A stretch of DNA of 63,983 bases, filler included, from Saprolegnia diclina VS20 (Eukaryota): assembly GCF_000281045.1 (NCBI RefSeq). It is 6 parts of 2 records of this genome, joined end to end, with 100 filler letters (N's around TTAATTAATTAA, not from the genome) between each part and the next. Parts side by side here need not be neighbours in the genome. Positions count along the whole stretch, not along the records: positions 35,498 to 59,860 come from NW_008246090.1; 5 more parts are not named here. One strand, written 5' to 3'. A model generated the notes under the pieces. It was not told the origin of the DNA, ran no database searches, and was given only the letters and a program-made list of their open reading frames with translations. Of this stretch, positions 37,180 through 47,965 are shown piece after piece. Both the position numbers and the translations under genes were made by a program. Position 1 is the stretch's first letter. Each line of letters opens with the position of its first letter.

Positions 37180-38436
37180 ATGCCCACAATGCCACAGGAC
37201 GACGACGATGTGGCGGCCGTGCAGTCCGTCGTACGCGACGCCACCGACGGCCGAGTCGGCGAGGTCTCCTGCCTCTCCATCCCCGAGAAGGCCGAGCTCG
37301 ACATGCTCGCCAAGCAGCTCCACGTCCTGCGCCAGTGCGAGGTGCAGTAGGCCGCCGAGATGGACCGCCTGCGAAGGTACACGCATCCTCGCCGGCCATC
37401 GCCTCATGACCTTGTCTGTAGGCTACTCGGTGAGCAGCCGACCGCGAGCGGCTCGGCGTTCCAGACGCCGCCCAAGCCCTCGGCATTCCAGACGCCGCCC
37501 AAGCCCTCGGCGCGTCGGTCTCGCAGTAGAAGACCTTGATGGCGACGCTCCAGACCGAGTGCCAAGCCCAAATGCACGCAAACCGTGAGCTCGAGACGAT
37601 GCTCGCGGCCAAGGATGATCTCGACTGCGCGACGGCGTCGACAAGCGTTGACCGAAAAGAGTTGCTTCTCGAGTCCCTCCACACCGAGCTCGAGGCGCTC
37701 TACGTCAAGCACGATGCCGTCGCAGCGAACTGGAAGACCACGTACGATGACGCTGCGGCCCAAGCAGACGCTTCGTAACCACGTGCGCTTGACTCAGTTG
37801 CGCCTGGAAACGACAAGGACACCCTCCTGCAGTCGCAGCTCGCCGAGAGCTCACGAAGCATCGCGAAGAAAGACATCCGCATCTTTACACGCAACGCCAA
37901 GCTCGAGGACCGGAGCCGCAAGCACGCGACGCTCGCGCACACCAGCCAGTTGCTCGAAGCGACGGTGGCGCCGCTCACAAAAGACGTCGCGACGGCCCAA
38001 GGCGATTTGGCGCAGTTGCAGCAAGGCCTCGACCACCACTTGGACGTTGGGCTCCAGGAGCTCGACGAAGATGCGCTCGCGCCGAAACCAAGTCGCTCTG
38101 CGCCGAGTGCGCGCGCCTCTAGCGCCAAGTGAAACTCAAGGCGGAGTAGCAGCAACAGGTGCACGAACTGCAGACGCAAGTGCACGCCAACGCGCAGCAA
38201 TTGGCGGCATCGAGCGAGGCTTCGTTGCCGACGACCCATGCCGCGGCTCACAACGCAGGTGCACAAGCAATCGACGGTTGTCTAGCGCCTCTAAGCCAAG
38301 CGCTATTCGAGTAAACTCAGAAAAAAAAATGTACCCTTGCCTCAAGCTCCGCGCGCTCCTCGAGCGGCAGCAACGCGCGGCGGAGCAGTCGTCGACGCAA
38401 AAAGCCACGTCCATGCGACTCGCGCAAGATCGTTGA
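37180..38436 (+). CDS. Coiled-coil protein of unknown function, multi-exon
   Basis: GC3-biased exons with heptad-rich translations (KELLLESLHTELEALY, VATAQGDLAQLQQGL, LRALLERQQR) separated by short GT-AG introns. Confidence 0.65.
37452..37511 (+). repeat. 27-bp in-frame tandem duplication (SAFQTPPKP x2)
   Basis: CTCGGCRTTCCAGACGCCGCCCAAGCC twice, with one mismatch. Confidence 0.9.
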
Positions 38437-39726
38437 TGCGGTACCACGTATGGCCGCTTCTCACCTGAGCATGTCCAAGGACGCAGCGGGCCGTTTGGAG
38501 AAGCGGACGGACTTTTCTTACGCGAAACCTCGGTCGAAAATGCCAGCTCTTGCCCATCGCCGATAGCAACAGTCTTGACCTGGAAAACCTCTAGCATTTA
38601 ATACGCGGGTGGCGCCCGTCGAGCATTATAATTTGATTAAGCTTGACAATTGTATGTGGCTTTGCATATTCTGCATTAAAATGGAGATTCCCAGTGGCCA
38701 CACAGCGTGTCACGTTGAGCCAATCGGAAGTCGTTTCCTGTGAAAACGCATATTTGCATCTTGGTTGAAGCGCATCACAAATGGCAGCGGCGAGGTGGTT
38801 GGACGCTTCCGCCACCAAGTGTCCGCGAAGGCATGCGAGAACACCTCAAATGAAATGACTAGANNNNNNNNNNNNNNNNNNNNNNNNNNNNNNNNNNNNN
38901 NNNNNNNNNNNNNNNNNNNNNNNNNNNNNNNNNNNNNNNNNNNNNNNNNNNNNNNNNNNNNNNCGTCTGCTGCACTTTTGAACACTTTGTAGTACAATTC
39001 AAAACGAGGTAAGGACATCCTATTCGAGGACCAACGACACATGGGATCGGGGTCACGGGATCGATTCGGTTGCATCGAGGTCTTCCAGCATGGCGAGCAC
39101 GGGCAACACGACCGCGGCGTGGGTGCTCGCATGCGCCGCGGCGCCCCTAATCTGCAGCTTGCTCCGAGCCGCCAATACACACTATATAATCTCGATACTA
39201 ATAAGCCTTTTTACGGTCAATTAATGCAGTGTTTTCGAATCAAGCTCCAAAATCCTGGCGTTGGGCGTGGAGAATTTCAGGTTGACATGTGAGTCAGGAA
39301 GTGGCGGGTTAGCGGCTTCTTTTAGTTCAGGTTTGGGCACTAGATTGCCATATGGCGGGTTCGAGTCCCGAGCGCACCCCACCTTCAAAAATGAACCTGC
39401 ACAGTAGCACCTAAGCTGGTCGCTTGCTGGAGGATGGCGTTGCCACGTCAGAAGGTTCTTTGAAGCTCGCGCACTTGAGATTCGCGCTCGGCGGTCGACG
39501 ATGGTTGGCGAACTTCTGTCACCTCGGGAAATGTTACTGGGCCATATAAAAATAGCAATATTTTAAACAAAGATTTCACAATATTTCTTCGATTATGCGG
39601 TATATGTCTATCTAATTGTATCGAATATTTTAATTAGAAAACACCTTGCCCATGTCTTTGAATTATATTTTTTATTTAATTACACCGCAGAAAGCTCCAT
39701 TTTCGGATCCAAGGTGCGAGGCGAGC

Positions 39727-42700
39727 ATGGGGAATCAGCAAGGAAGCCCACGCAAGTCGAAGCGGTCGTCGCTGCAGGGCGTGCTCAACCTCGTCCAAGG
39801 CAAGGTCGACGAGGCCATCGAGGATCACTCGCGCCTCGCGCCCGACATGTTTGCCGTCTCGCTCGCCGGGCACCATGGCCTGCCCGCGCAGCCGTCGCTG
39901 ACGTGCTACCTCGCGGCCCACGAGCTGCTCGTCGTTGCAGCTGGGTACCAGCAGATCAAGCTCTACGGCGAAGACGGCCTCGAGATGTTTGTGTCGTGCA
40001 TCGCGAACGAGGCCACGGCGACGGCCGGTGCGTCCACGAGCTTCCTGCAACCCACGGCGAATGGGCGCCTTGTGCTTGTCTCGTCCGACAGTGGCGTCCA
40101 AGTTGTCTCGCTCGAGCAATTGCAATCCGGCGCGTCGCCGCTCATCGCGTCCTTGTCGCCAAGGTACACGCCTCAACATGTACCAGCATTCTCATGCCCA
40201 TGTCAACTAGCTGGAAAATGTGCCGGATCACGGCCCTCGAGACGATCAAGAGCCACAAGGCGGCGCCGTTCTTCTTCCTCGCCCTCGACGACGGATCGAT
40301 TCAGGTGCCTTCTTCTATATCTCGCTTGCCCATCCTCAGCACGACCTCAAGCACAACGCTGTAGGTCGTTCAAGAAGAGACTTGCGCATTCGCCACGTAC
40401 GCGATCCAGGCTGCGCAGCTCGGTCTTGGCGGCGACGACGTTGCCGTTTCGGCGATGGCCAGCAACCCGAGCGACGCCAACCAGTTGCTCTTGGCGTACG
40501 AAGGCGCGCATGAGACCAGCGTCTTCCTCTGGGACCTCGCCAAGAAGAAGGTATTGCACAAGGCGACCGTGCCGCCGGCCCATGGAAGCGTCCAGAGCCT
40601 CGCATGGCATGCGAGCGGCAAGCGGTTCGCCGCCGGCTTCCAAGATGGCTCGTTTGGCGTCTTTCGCACCGACAAGCAGCAGAGCGCGTTCTTTCCTACC
40701 ACGACGGCGGCTCCGTTGACGCGGCTGGCGTGGGCAGCGACCGACGCCAACTCGGCCGGCCTCCTCATGTGCGCCTGGACACCATCCTCGCCGTCCGTAC
40801 AGATCTACGCGGCGCCACGAGACATCTCGGCCAAGGACGCGCTCTCGGCGATGACGAAACACGCATCGTTTCCTTGGCGCATCACGTCCTTGCCCACGTC
40901 ATCGCGCGTTATGGACGTCGTCCTGACAAGCCATTTGACGCCATCTGCGTCATGCGCGCCGTTCACTTGTATTGCGCTCGTCGGCGACCCCATGGGTGGT
41001 GTGCTGCCTCGTATCGAGTTGCTGCCCGTGCCATGCACCGTCGTCCAGCCGCTCACACCGAAAGAGGAGCTTGTCTGGATCGAGATGGACGTTCTGCCAC
41101 TCCCACTTCCGTCGTCGTCGGTGCAGACACCTACCGTCGCTGCGTGGCACATTGTCGATCTCGGCGGCGTCAACGGCTCTTTGCGGGACGATCTCTTCTC
41201 GACGTGCGAGGCCAAAGCCGAACCAAGTAGCCTCAACGGGTGGTCGTCGCCGCTTCGAGGAGGATCGATCGAGCACGTGACGCCGCAGCTGTCACCCGAC
41301 GCCTGTGCGCAGCTGCACGCGACGGATGTGCACCGCGCCTCGCTGGTCGTCACGGCCCATTTCGACGCGTCGACCTCAGTCGTGCGTTTCTGGGAGCTCC
41401 TGCCACGTCATGACGGTATTGGCGCCGGCATTTTGACGCTACTGCATACGCTGGACCTTGCGCCCCTCGAGCTCACGTTCAAGCAAGTGACGGCGGTGCA
41501 CTTTTGCCCTACTTCGCGACTGCTGCTTGTGGGCATGGAGTCGGGCGAGGTGGCGGTCTTTTCGTTTCAGGAAGGATTTCAGCTTGCGTTCACGCTCCAC
41601 GTGCACTCGAGTGCGATCGAGCACATGGTCGTCTCGGCGTCGCTTGGGTACCTTGCGACCTCGGATGCATTTGGCGTCGTCGCCATTGTGCACTTGGATT
41701 CGCAAGAGTACAAGCTCGCGGTGTTTGATATCTCAACCGAAGAGGCTGTGAGTGTCAACGCACTCCTTCTCCACGAGCGTCTGCTGTTTGTGGGCCGAGG
41801 CAACAGCTGTGTCGAGCTCTACGACCTCGTGTCTGCCGATCTCCTCACGCGTTGCCACGTGAGCGACGGCCCCGCCGACGCAATCGCCCACCTGCTCTTG
41901 CTCCACGAAGACGGCGCACCCGTGCATCCCGTGGCTCTGGAGAGTACCGCGACCTTGTTGATACCGTGGCTTATGGTGATGGTGGCATCTAGGCCGAGCC
42001 GAGAGCGAGTCGCACGATGAGCTCAAGAAGACCGAGACGGAGCGCAAGGTGGCCGGGATCCTTCAGCGCTACGCGGCGCCGCCAACGCGCATGCCAATCG
42101 AGCGCCATGAAGGTGTACACGTGACGTTGGCACCCGGGCCGCTCGGACTCTTTCTGGACGACGAAACGCAAGACCGGGTTCTCGTCAAGGTACACTCTTT
42201 GCATGTCGGCGTGCGCTCATGTACATTAGGCGTTTGTGGACGATGCACCCAACGCAGCTCTTCTGCGCCAACACGGCGTGACAGCCATGAGCTCGCTTGT
42301 CGCAATCAACGGCGCCGACGTCTCCCAGCTGCGCAAGGACGACGTCGTGCAGCTCTTGTCGTCGCTCAGCGCCGAGACAAAGCTCCTGACGTTTGCGCCG
42401 CCACCAGAAGCCGAGGCGCCGTATCTGCTCTGCGCCAAAGGCAGGTCGCTGGCCATCTTTAAGGCCGTCGCACCCGAGAGTACACAAAGCGCTGCGACGT
42501 CCCCGTCGCCGATGCCAACACTCGCCGTCGATGTCGAGGCGTCTGTGGAGCTGCGCTCGACCATTGCGTCACTGGCGATCGTGAGCCTTCCGATCGACGG
42601 ACGGTAGTACCTTATCAGCGACGATGGAAGATGCTAATGCTGCCCATGTAGGCTCGACCATGGTATTCTGGCGCTGGACGATTCTGGCTACGTGTACATG

Positions 42701-43466
42701 CTTGCGGCGCCGAGTCTGCGGGTCATTTGGAGTGCGTCGCTGCCGTCGATGGTGCAAACAGGCTACGCGTTCGACTATGTCCACGTTGGCGTGGCAGCGT
42801 CGAGCGCCGAGATTATATTGTGCACGTCCTCGGGTGACGTGGCGCGCTTCTCGGTGCTGCAGAACGAACTCGCGTCGGAGCTGTCGATGCTGCAATGGGT
42901 AGATCATCCCGATATTGTAGAGCAACCTACTGACGTCTGGCGGCGTATAGACCACGACCAAGGTCCGCGTGACTAGCGACAAGCCTGTGCAGCAGCCGAC
43001 GGTGGCTGAGCCGCCCCTCGAGCGTCGCAACAGCAGCAGCATTTTCAAAGTGTTCTCCTCGAGCTCGACCGACGTCGACTTGAACAAGGTATAAGTGTAC
43101 TGCTTGAAGTTATGTATATTCTCTGCGTTTAGGTGTTTGTGGTGCCGCCCAAGGACCAATCGGAGCGCGAGCGGCTCATGGGCGACCGATCACCGGCGCC
43201 GCAAGCGACGGGTGCCACCAAAGATATCAAGGGCGGTATGAGTGCGACGATGGGCGCGCTGAACGAAGCGACTCAAGTACATATGTTACTTGCTTGCACC
43301 ATCATCATACCCATCTCTAACATTATAGAACCTCCACTTGCGCGGCGAGAAGCTCTCGGACTTGGGCGAAAAGACGGAGCAGCTCAAGCGCCACGCCGAT
43401 GAGTTTTACCAGACGATGCGCGCGTTCAACGAGCGTGAGGCCAAGAAGAAATGGTACCAAATCTAA
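39727..43466 (+). CDS. Tomosyn / Lgl / Sro7-like WD40 protein with an internal PDZ-like domain and C-terminal R-SNARE-like motif, multi-exon
   Basis: HHGLPAQPS, IKLYG, NPSDANQLLLAYE, LAWHASGKRF and LLLVGMESGEV motifs. Terminal LNEATQNLHLRGEKLSDLGEKTEQLKRHADEF...KKKWYQI* is typical of tomosyns. Confidence 0.88.
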
Positions 43467-44622
43467 GACACAAATGTATGTATCTCTTCTGCAATATTGT
43501 CTGGTGGACGGCAGACGATCTTCTACAACAGCGGCAACTTCCATTCTGATCGAGTAATCGACTGACGACATGATCGAGGACCATCATAGTCGGCGATGGA
43601 CGATCTGTAGCAGGACATTGTTGAAGTTGTCTTCTACGGACGCCACTTCTCGTCGCTGCTTGCTGCGCGACTTGGACGTCTTCGCCTTCACGATCAGCAG
43701 GGTGACGTGATCCGGATACGGTGGGCGAATCATACGGATCTTTCGCGCCAAAGCGTGGAGCTGGCGCGAAAGTAAGATTGTTTCATTAAGTCTCAATAGC
43801 TCCCAATCTACATCTACATCACCAGAGCACCAGGGCGGCAATCTACCTACGATTGGAACTGTGCGTTTCTCCAACGAGCTTTTACAAGTTGACGCCTTTA
43901 CACGCAAAAACCCATCGAATTCATTTCTCATTTTGCAGCGGGCCGCACAGCCGCCGGGTCGGAGTAGCCTTGGCGCTGCGCTGGCGTTGGGAGACCGCAG
44001 CATTCGGCCCACGGGCTCTGCCATCCCTACCGGGCGGCTGTCGCTCGCTTGCGTTGGTGGAGGACCATAGTAGTAGCGTAGTAGTGCAGTCGTGTACTAG
44101 TAGTCGTAGAAGAGAAGCATTGATTGATCATGAACGTCCTCTAGCAAGTCGCATCTTCGTGCTGCCTGATGCATCCGTCGCAAGTGACATTGCCTACATG
44201 CAGTGGAGAGGACCAGTATGGATGCCAAGGAAGCTTCCTTGATACATCATGGATCCAGCATCCAGCGCAAGGTCAGTTGCACACAACACGTCTTGGTGCA
44301 ACACAGCTCCAGTCCAGCAGCGAGTACGTTGTATAGGCAATAAGGCGTATTCACTCGTCTTCCTTGAATTAACGCATGCACACATGCATGAGCTGCGTCT
44401 ACCTCGCTTGAGTTGCGCATGATCCTCGCGCGATCTTGGTCGGCATGGCTACTCGTGCGACACGACCGGATTGCGGCGCGAAAAGTCCGAGTTTCAAATC
44501 CTAATTAGGCACATAACCGTCCAATCTTGAGGGCCGAATAATGTTCGAATTGTATTACCTACAAAAAGACAGGTAAGCCCGCTCTTTTTATTGCACTCGC
44601 TGGCCTCGCCGAAGCAGCAGCG

Positions 44623-46131
44623 ATGCCTGATGCCACAACCCAATCCATCCCACCGCCCAACCCTCGCCGCGAGCCCATGACGTCGTCGCTGCCTCGGCGC
44701 CTGCGGATAGCGCTGCTGCTGCTGCTCTCGCTCTCGCTCAGCGCCATGGCCATCGGCTCGATGGAGGCCGTCACAACGACGGCGCCGCCCGAACGCGAGA
44801 TTACCACGAGCATGCTCTTGCAGCGTCCGAGCAACATGAGTGCGCCGGGCGAAAGGCGTGGCGTGCCAGCAGCCGTCGACGACATGAACGCGACCGCCAT
44901 CAACAGTACGATCCAAGTCCCGACATCGACGCCGACGGGAACATTTCCCGTCAATGACACGACCCACGGCGTGCCAGGCAACCCGACCAACATCAAGGCT
45001 CTGGCCTCGGACGCGCAGGCGCAAGTGACATGGGACGCACCAGACGACGACGGCTCGGACCCGATCCTCGAGTACGAGATCTTGCTCTTGCTCGTGAGCA
45101 CCAACACGCCGCTCGAGAGCACGGTGCATGTCGGCGCGACGCAGAACGGCGCCGTGCCCACGACGGCAATCGTGCCCAACCTCCAAAATGGCATCTCGTA
45201 TGCGTTCAAGGTCCGCGCGCGCAACGTCAATGGCGTCTCGACGTGGTCGGCCAAGTCGGAGCCCGTCTCGCCGCTGCACCCACCCGATCTCTGCACGAGC
45301 CAGACGTGCGCGGGCAACGGCGCGTGCTTTCCAGTCTACGCGCCCAAGATCAACGACAGCACGTCGTCTGCCGAGTGTCTCTGCAAGCCTGGCTTTGTTG
45401 GCCACGACTGCTCGCGGCGTGACGACGCGATCCAGTACTTTTGGGACGTCGGGCCGTGGTCGAAATGCTCGACGGGTTGCGGCGGCGGCATCCGCCAGCG
45501 GACGGCGACCTGCACGTCGATCGCGTCGATGGCTGCCGTCTCGGACATCAAGTGCGACGGGCTCCTCCAGCCCACGCTCACGTACATTTGCAACGGCTTT
45601 GAGTGCGGCTCCAAGCTCATCGAGGTCATCTACGAGATCGAAATGTTCTACGACGACATTCTCTTCTCGAGCAAGGCCGAGCACGCGTTCGCAACAGCGT
45701 TTGTGACCGAAGTCGCCTCGGCCCTCCAAGTCGCACCCGCCCGGCTGGACATTGAAGCCATCGTCCACGGCAGCATCCGGGTGACCTTTCTCTTGCTGCC
45801 GCCCAGCCAGGCCGACGGCAAGTCGCTCAACGACGTGGTGGCCGACCTCCACGCGCAGATCCAGGACCGCACGAGCGTGCTGCGGACGCAAGGGACGTTT
45901 GCGCGACGCGTGTACCCGTCCGGTGTCAAGCTCTCGTTTATGATTGCCGAGCAGCATGCAGCGGGCGACGCCGGCGACATCTCGATCATGGGGCTCATTG
46001 GTACTGTCTTGGTCTCGGTGCTCTTCATCTCGGCGTTTGCGTATTGTCTTCGGAAGCGCCATGAACGCATTTTGGCCGCCAAGAAGGACCGCAAGATGAA
46101 GCGCATGGACATTACGACCTCGAGTGTCTAG
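44623..46131 (+). CDS. Type I membrane protein: signal peptide, Thr/Pro-rich linker, FN3, EGF-like, TSP1, SEA-like region, TM helix and basic tail; single exon
   Basis: VTWDAPDDDGSDPILEY...YAFKVRARN (FN3), CAGNGAC...CLCKPGFVGHDC (EGF), WSKCSTGCGGGIRQR (TSP1), HGSIRVTF (SEA-like GSxxV) and TM IMGLIGTVLVSVLFISAFAYCL. The start may be 44623 or 44677. Confidence 0.88.
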   Translation: MPDATTQSIPPPNPRREPMTSSLPRRLRIALLLLLSLSLSAMAIGSMEAVTTTAPPEREITTSMLLQRPSNMSAPGERRGVPAAVDDMNATAINSTIQVPTSTPTGTFPVNDTTHGVPGNPTNIKALASDAQAQVTWDAPDDDGSDPILEYEILLLLVSTNTPLESTVHVGATQNGAVPTTAIVPNLQNGISYAFKVRARNVNGVSTWSAKSEPVSPLHPPDLCTSQTCAGNGACFPVYAPKINDSTSSAECLCKPGFVGHDCSRRDDAIQYFWDVGPWSKCSTGCGGGIRQRTATCTSIASMAAVSDIKCDGLLQPTLTYICNGFECGSKLIEVIYEIEMFYDDILFSSKAEHAFATAFVTEVASALQVAPARLDIEAIVHGSIRVTFLLLPPSQADGKSLNDVVADLHAQIQDRTSVLRTQGTFARRVYPSGVKLSFMIAEQHAAGDAGDISIMGLIGTVLVSVLFISAFAYCLRKRHERILAAKKDRKMKRMDITTSSV

Positions 46132-46225
46132 CCAAATGGCAGATTCCTAACTTAACTCTACCAGTACAAATAGACAATATCGTTGGATATTTGGTGGATT
46201 TTGTTGGGAAAAGGACAATTGGAAT

Positions 46226-46976
46226 CTACTTGCGGCTCGCGCGTTCGACGAGACCGAGGTCCTCGACAAAGTCAAAGTTGCCCGAGAGGAGATCGTTGCG
46301 GTAATTCTCGACGTACGCAGAGAACGAAGCCGCGAGCTCCCGCCCGAGCCCGTCCTCGGAGCATTCGTGGACCGCGTTCGCGTGCTTGGTGTCAATGACG
46401 AGGAGGTTGCCATCGGGATCGGCTGCGAGCGGAATGAAGCCCCGCGCCCAACTCTCCCAACGCGACGCGGTCTCGCCCGTCGAAATCATATCCTAGCCAA
46501 GATGATCCATGCAACATTCGTGGCCGCGAGGACGTACGTCGCAGCTCAACGACTAGAAACTCCATAAGATTCACCAAACGAGAGAGGAGATGGACGCTAC
46601 CTTGTACTCGTTGAACCAAACGCCTCCATTCTGCTTCTCGAGCAGGTACCCGAGCGCCTATTGCATGAGGTCGCGTTCGCGCTTGAAGTCGATGACGTTA
46701 CCCGCGGGACGGGCGCGCCCAGAGCCTTTTGCAGCGACTCGACCTCTATTCATGCTGGTCACGTATGGCGATGTGTTGCCCATGCACCTTCGGGCTCGAT
46801 CGTTGCCTTGGGCAGGTTGGCCTTCTTGCGCTGGAACCAGCTGAGGATGTCTACGCCGCTAGAGCATGGGGCTTCATGGGCCATGCCATGGGCGTACCGA
46901 AGATGCATTGCTCCGTCTCCTCGGCCGTCATGCCACCCTTGCGCTTGTTGCCTTCCTCGGCGACTTGGACCGACAT
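46226..46976 (-). CDS. SMI1/KNR4 (SUKH superfamily) domain protein, multi-exon
   Basis: Inferred spliced product ...DILSWFQRKK...EEVESLQKALGAPVPRALGYLLEKQNGG...GFIPLAADPDGNLLVID...ELAASFSAYVE matches the SUKH pattern. Confidence 0.8.
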
Positions 46977-47965
46977 GCTCGCGACGGCTCGTTTCGTGTT
47001 TTGGATCCCACGGCTAAGATTGTCCGGATAGACACCTCTTCGTATCCGGTCGATGCATCGCGCTTTGGACACTCGTTGTGATTGGTCAAAATAGATATGA
47101 TTGCAACAAACGCGCTTCTTCATTGGCCAGCTTACACCATCAACATGTTTCATTGGTCAGCTAATGCCATTTGGCAGGCTGTCGGATCGCTGAGATCGCT
47201 GCCTCCCGGGAGGAGCTCAGGTGGGAGGAGCTCATCCTGTACAGCTTGTACTTGTCGCTACTCGCTTCAACTGTGCAGTGTGATGCGTCTACGAATCGCA
47301 CGTCGAACCCTAGGTTTCTTGGTCGCGAGATTTAGAAGTCGCAATCGCACGCACCAGGAGAGTAGCGGTTCTCCGAGTTGGATCAAGGTTGAGAGGGTTC
47401 TGGTACGCTGCACCCAGAGCTTGACGCTGTGTATCTGCACGGCGGCCATGGCACTCGCGTGGTCATTCCGATGGACCGAGTCTGCGCATCTCAAATGTGA
47501 GTTGGCACGTTGAGATTGCATTTTTGAAAACGTACGAGTTCCAGATGCCAGATGCACCGAAACTCGTCGCCGTAGGTACGGTAGTCGTGGTCTGGTTGAC
47601 TGCGAGAAGCGATTTGTGGCCGATATGGCTCCTCTTGCCGTTCATGCAGTCGGGTCGTTGCTGGCGGGCTCCGTGGTATTGAGCTCGTTAGACGACGACG
47701 ACGGCTCATCTCCACCGACCATTCCAGTCAATGAATTTGGCACTTGTCGTCCTTGGCCATCATTCAGATGCCAGGACAGAGTCAGTACTGCGTAGTTGGG
47801 GATAACCTATTGAACGCCACGCAGCGAGGAAGCCTGCTCTGGCCGTTCTTCCTTGCGTGGCAGCACTTGAGTTTTGCGAGCCAAAGTGCAAGTGGCAATA
47901 TCCGGATAATACGGATACTGGCCGAGATCCACGCCCCAGAACCCAACAACCGACAAGACAGCAGC

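Noticed and set aside
39727..39750. N-myristoylation signal MGNQQGS
   Set aside because: Gly2 is present but Ser is at position 7 rather than the preferred 6, so it cannot be supported without a predictor.
43584..44024. 146-aa minus-strand ORF downstream of the tomosyn-like gene
   Set aside because: Non-ATG start, no recognisable motif, and only the last third looks coding-like.
44494..46062. Long antisense ORFs (for example 522 aa here, 28623-29810 and 25705-26814)
   Set aside because: Shadow frames caused by high GC3 codon bias of the real genes on the opposite strand, with no recognisable motifs.
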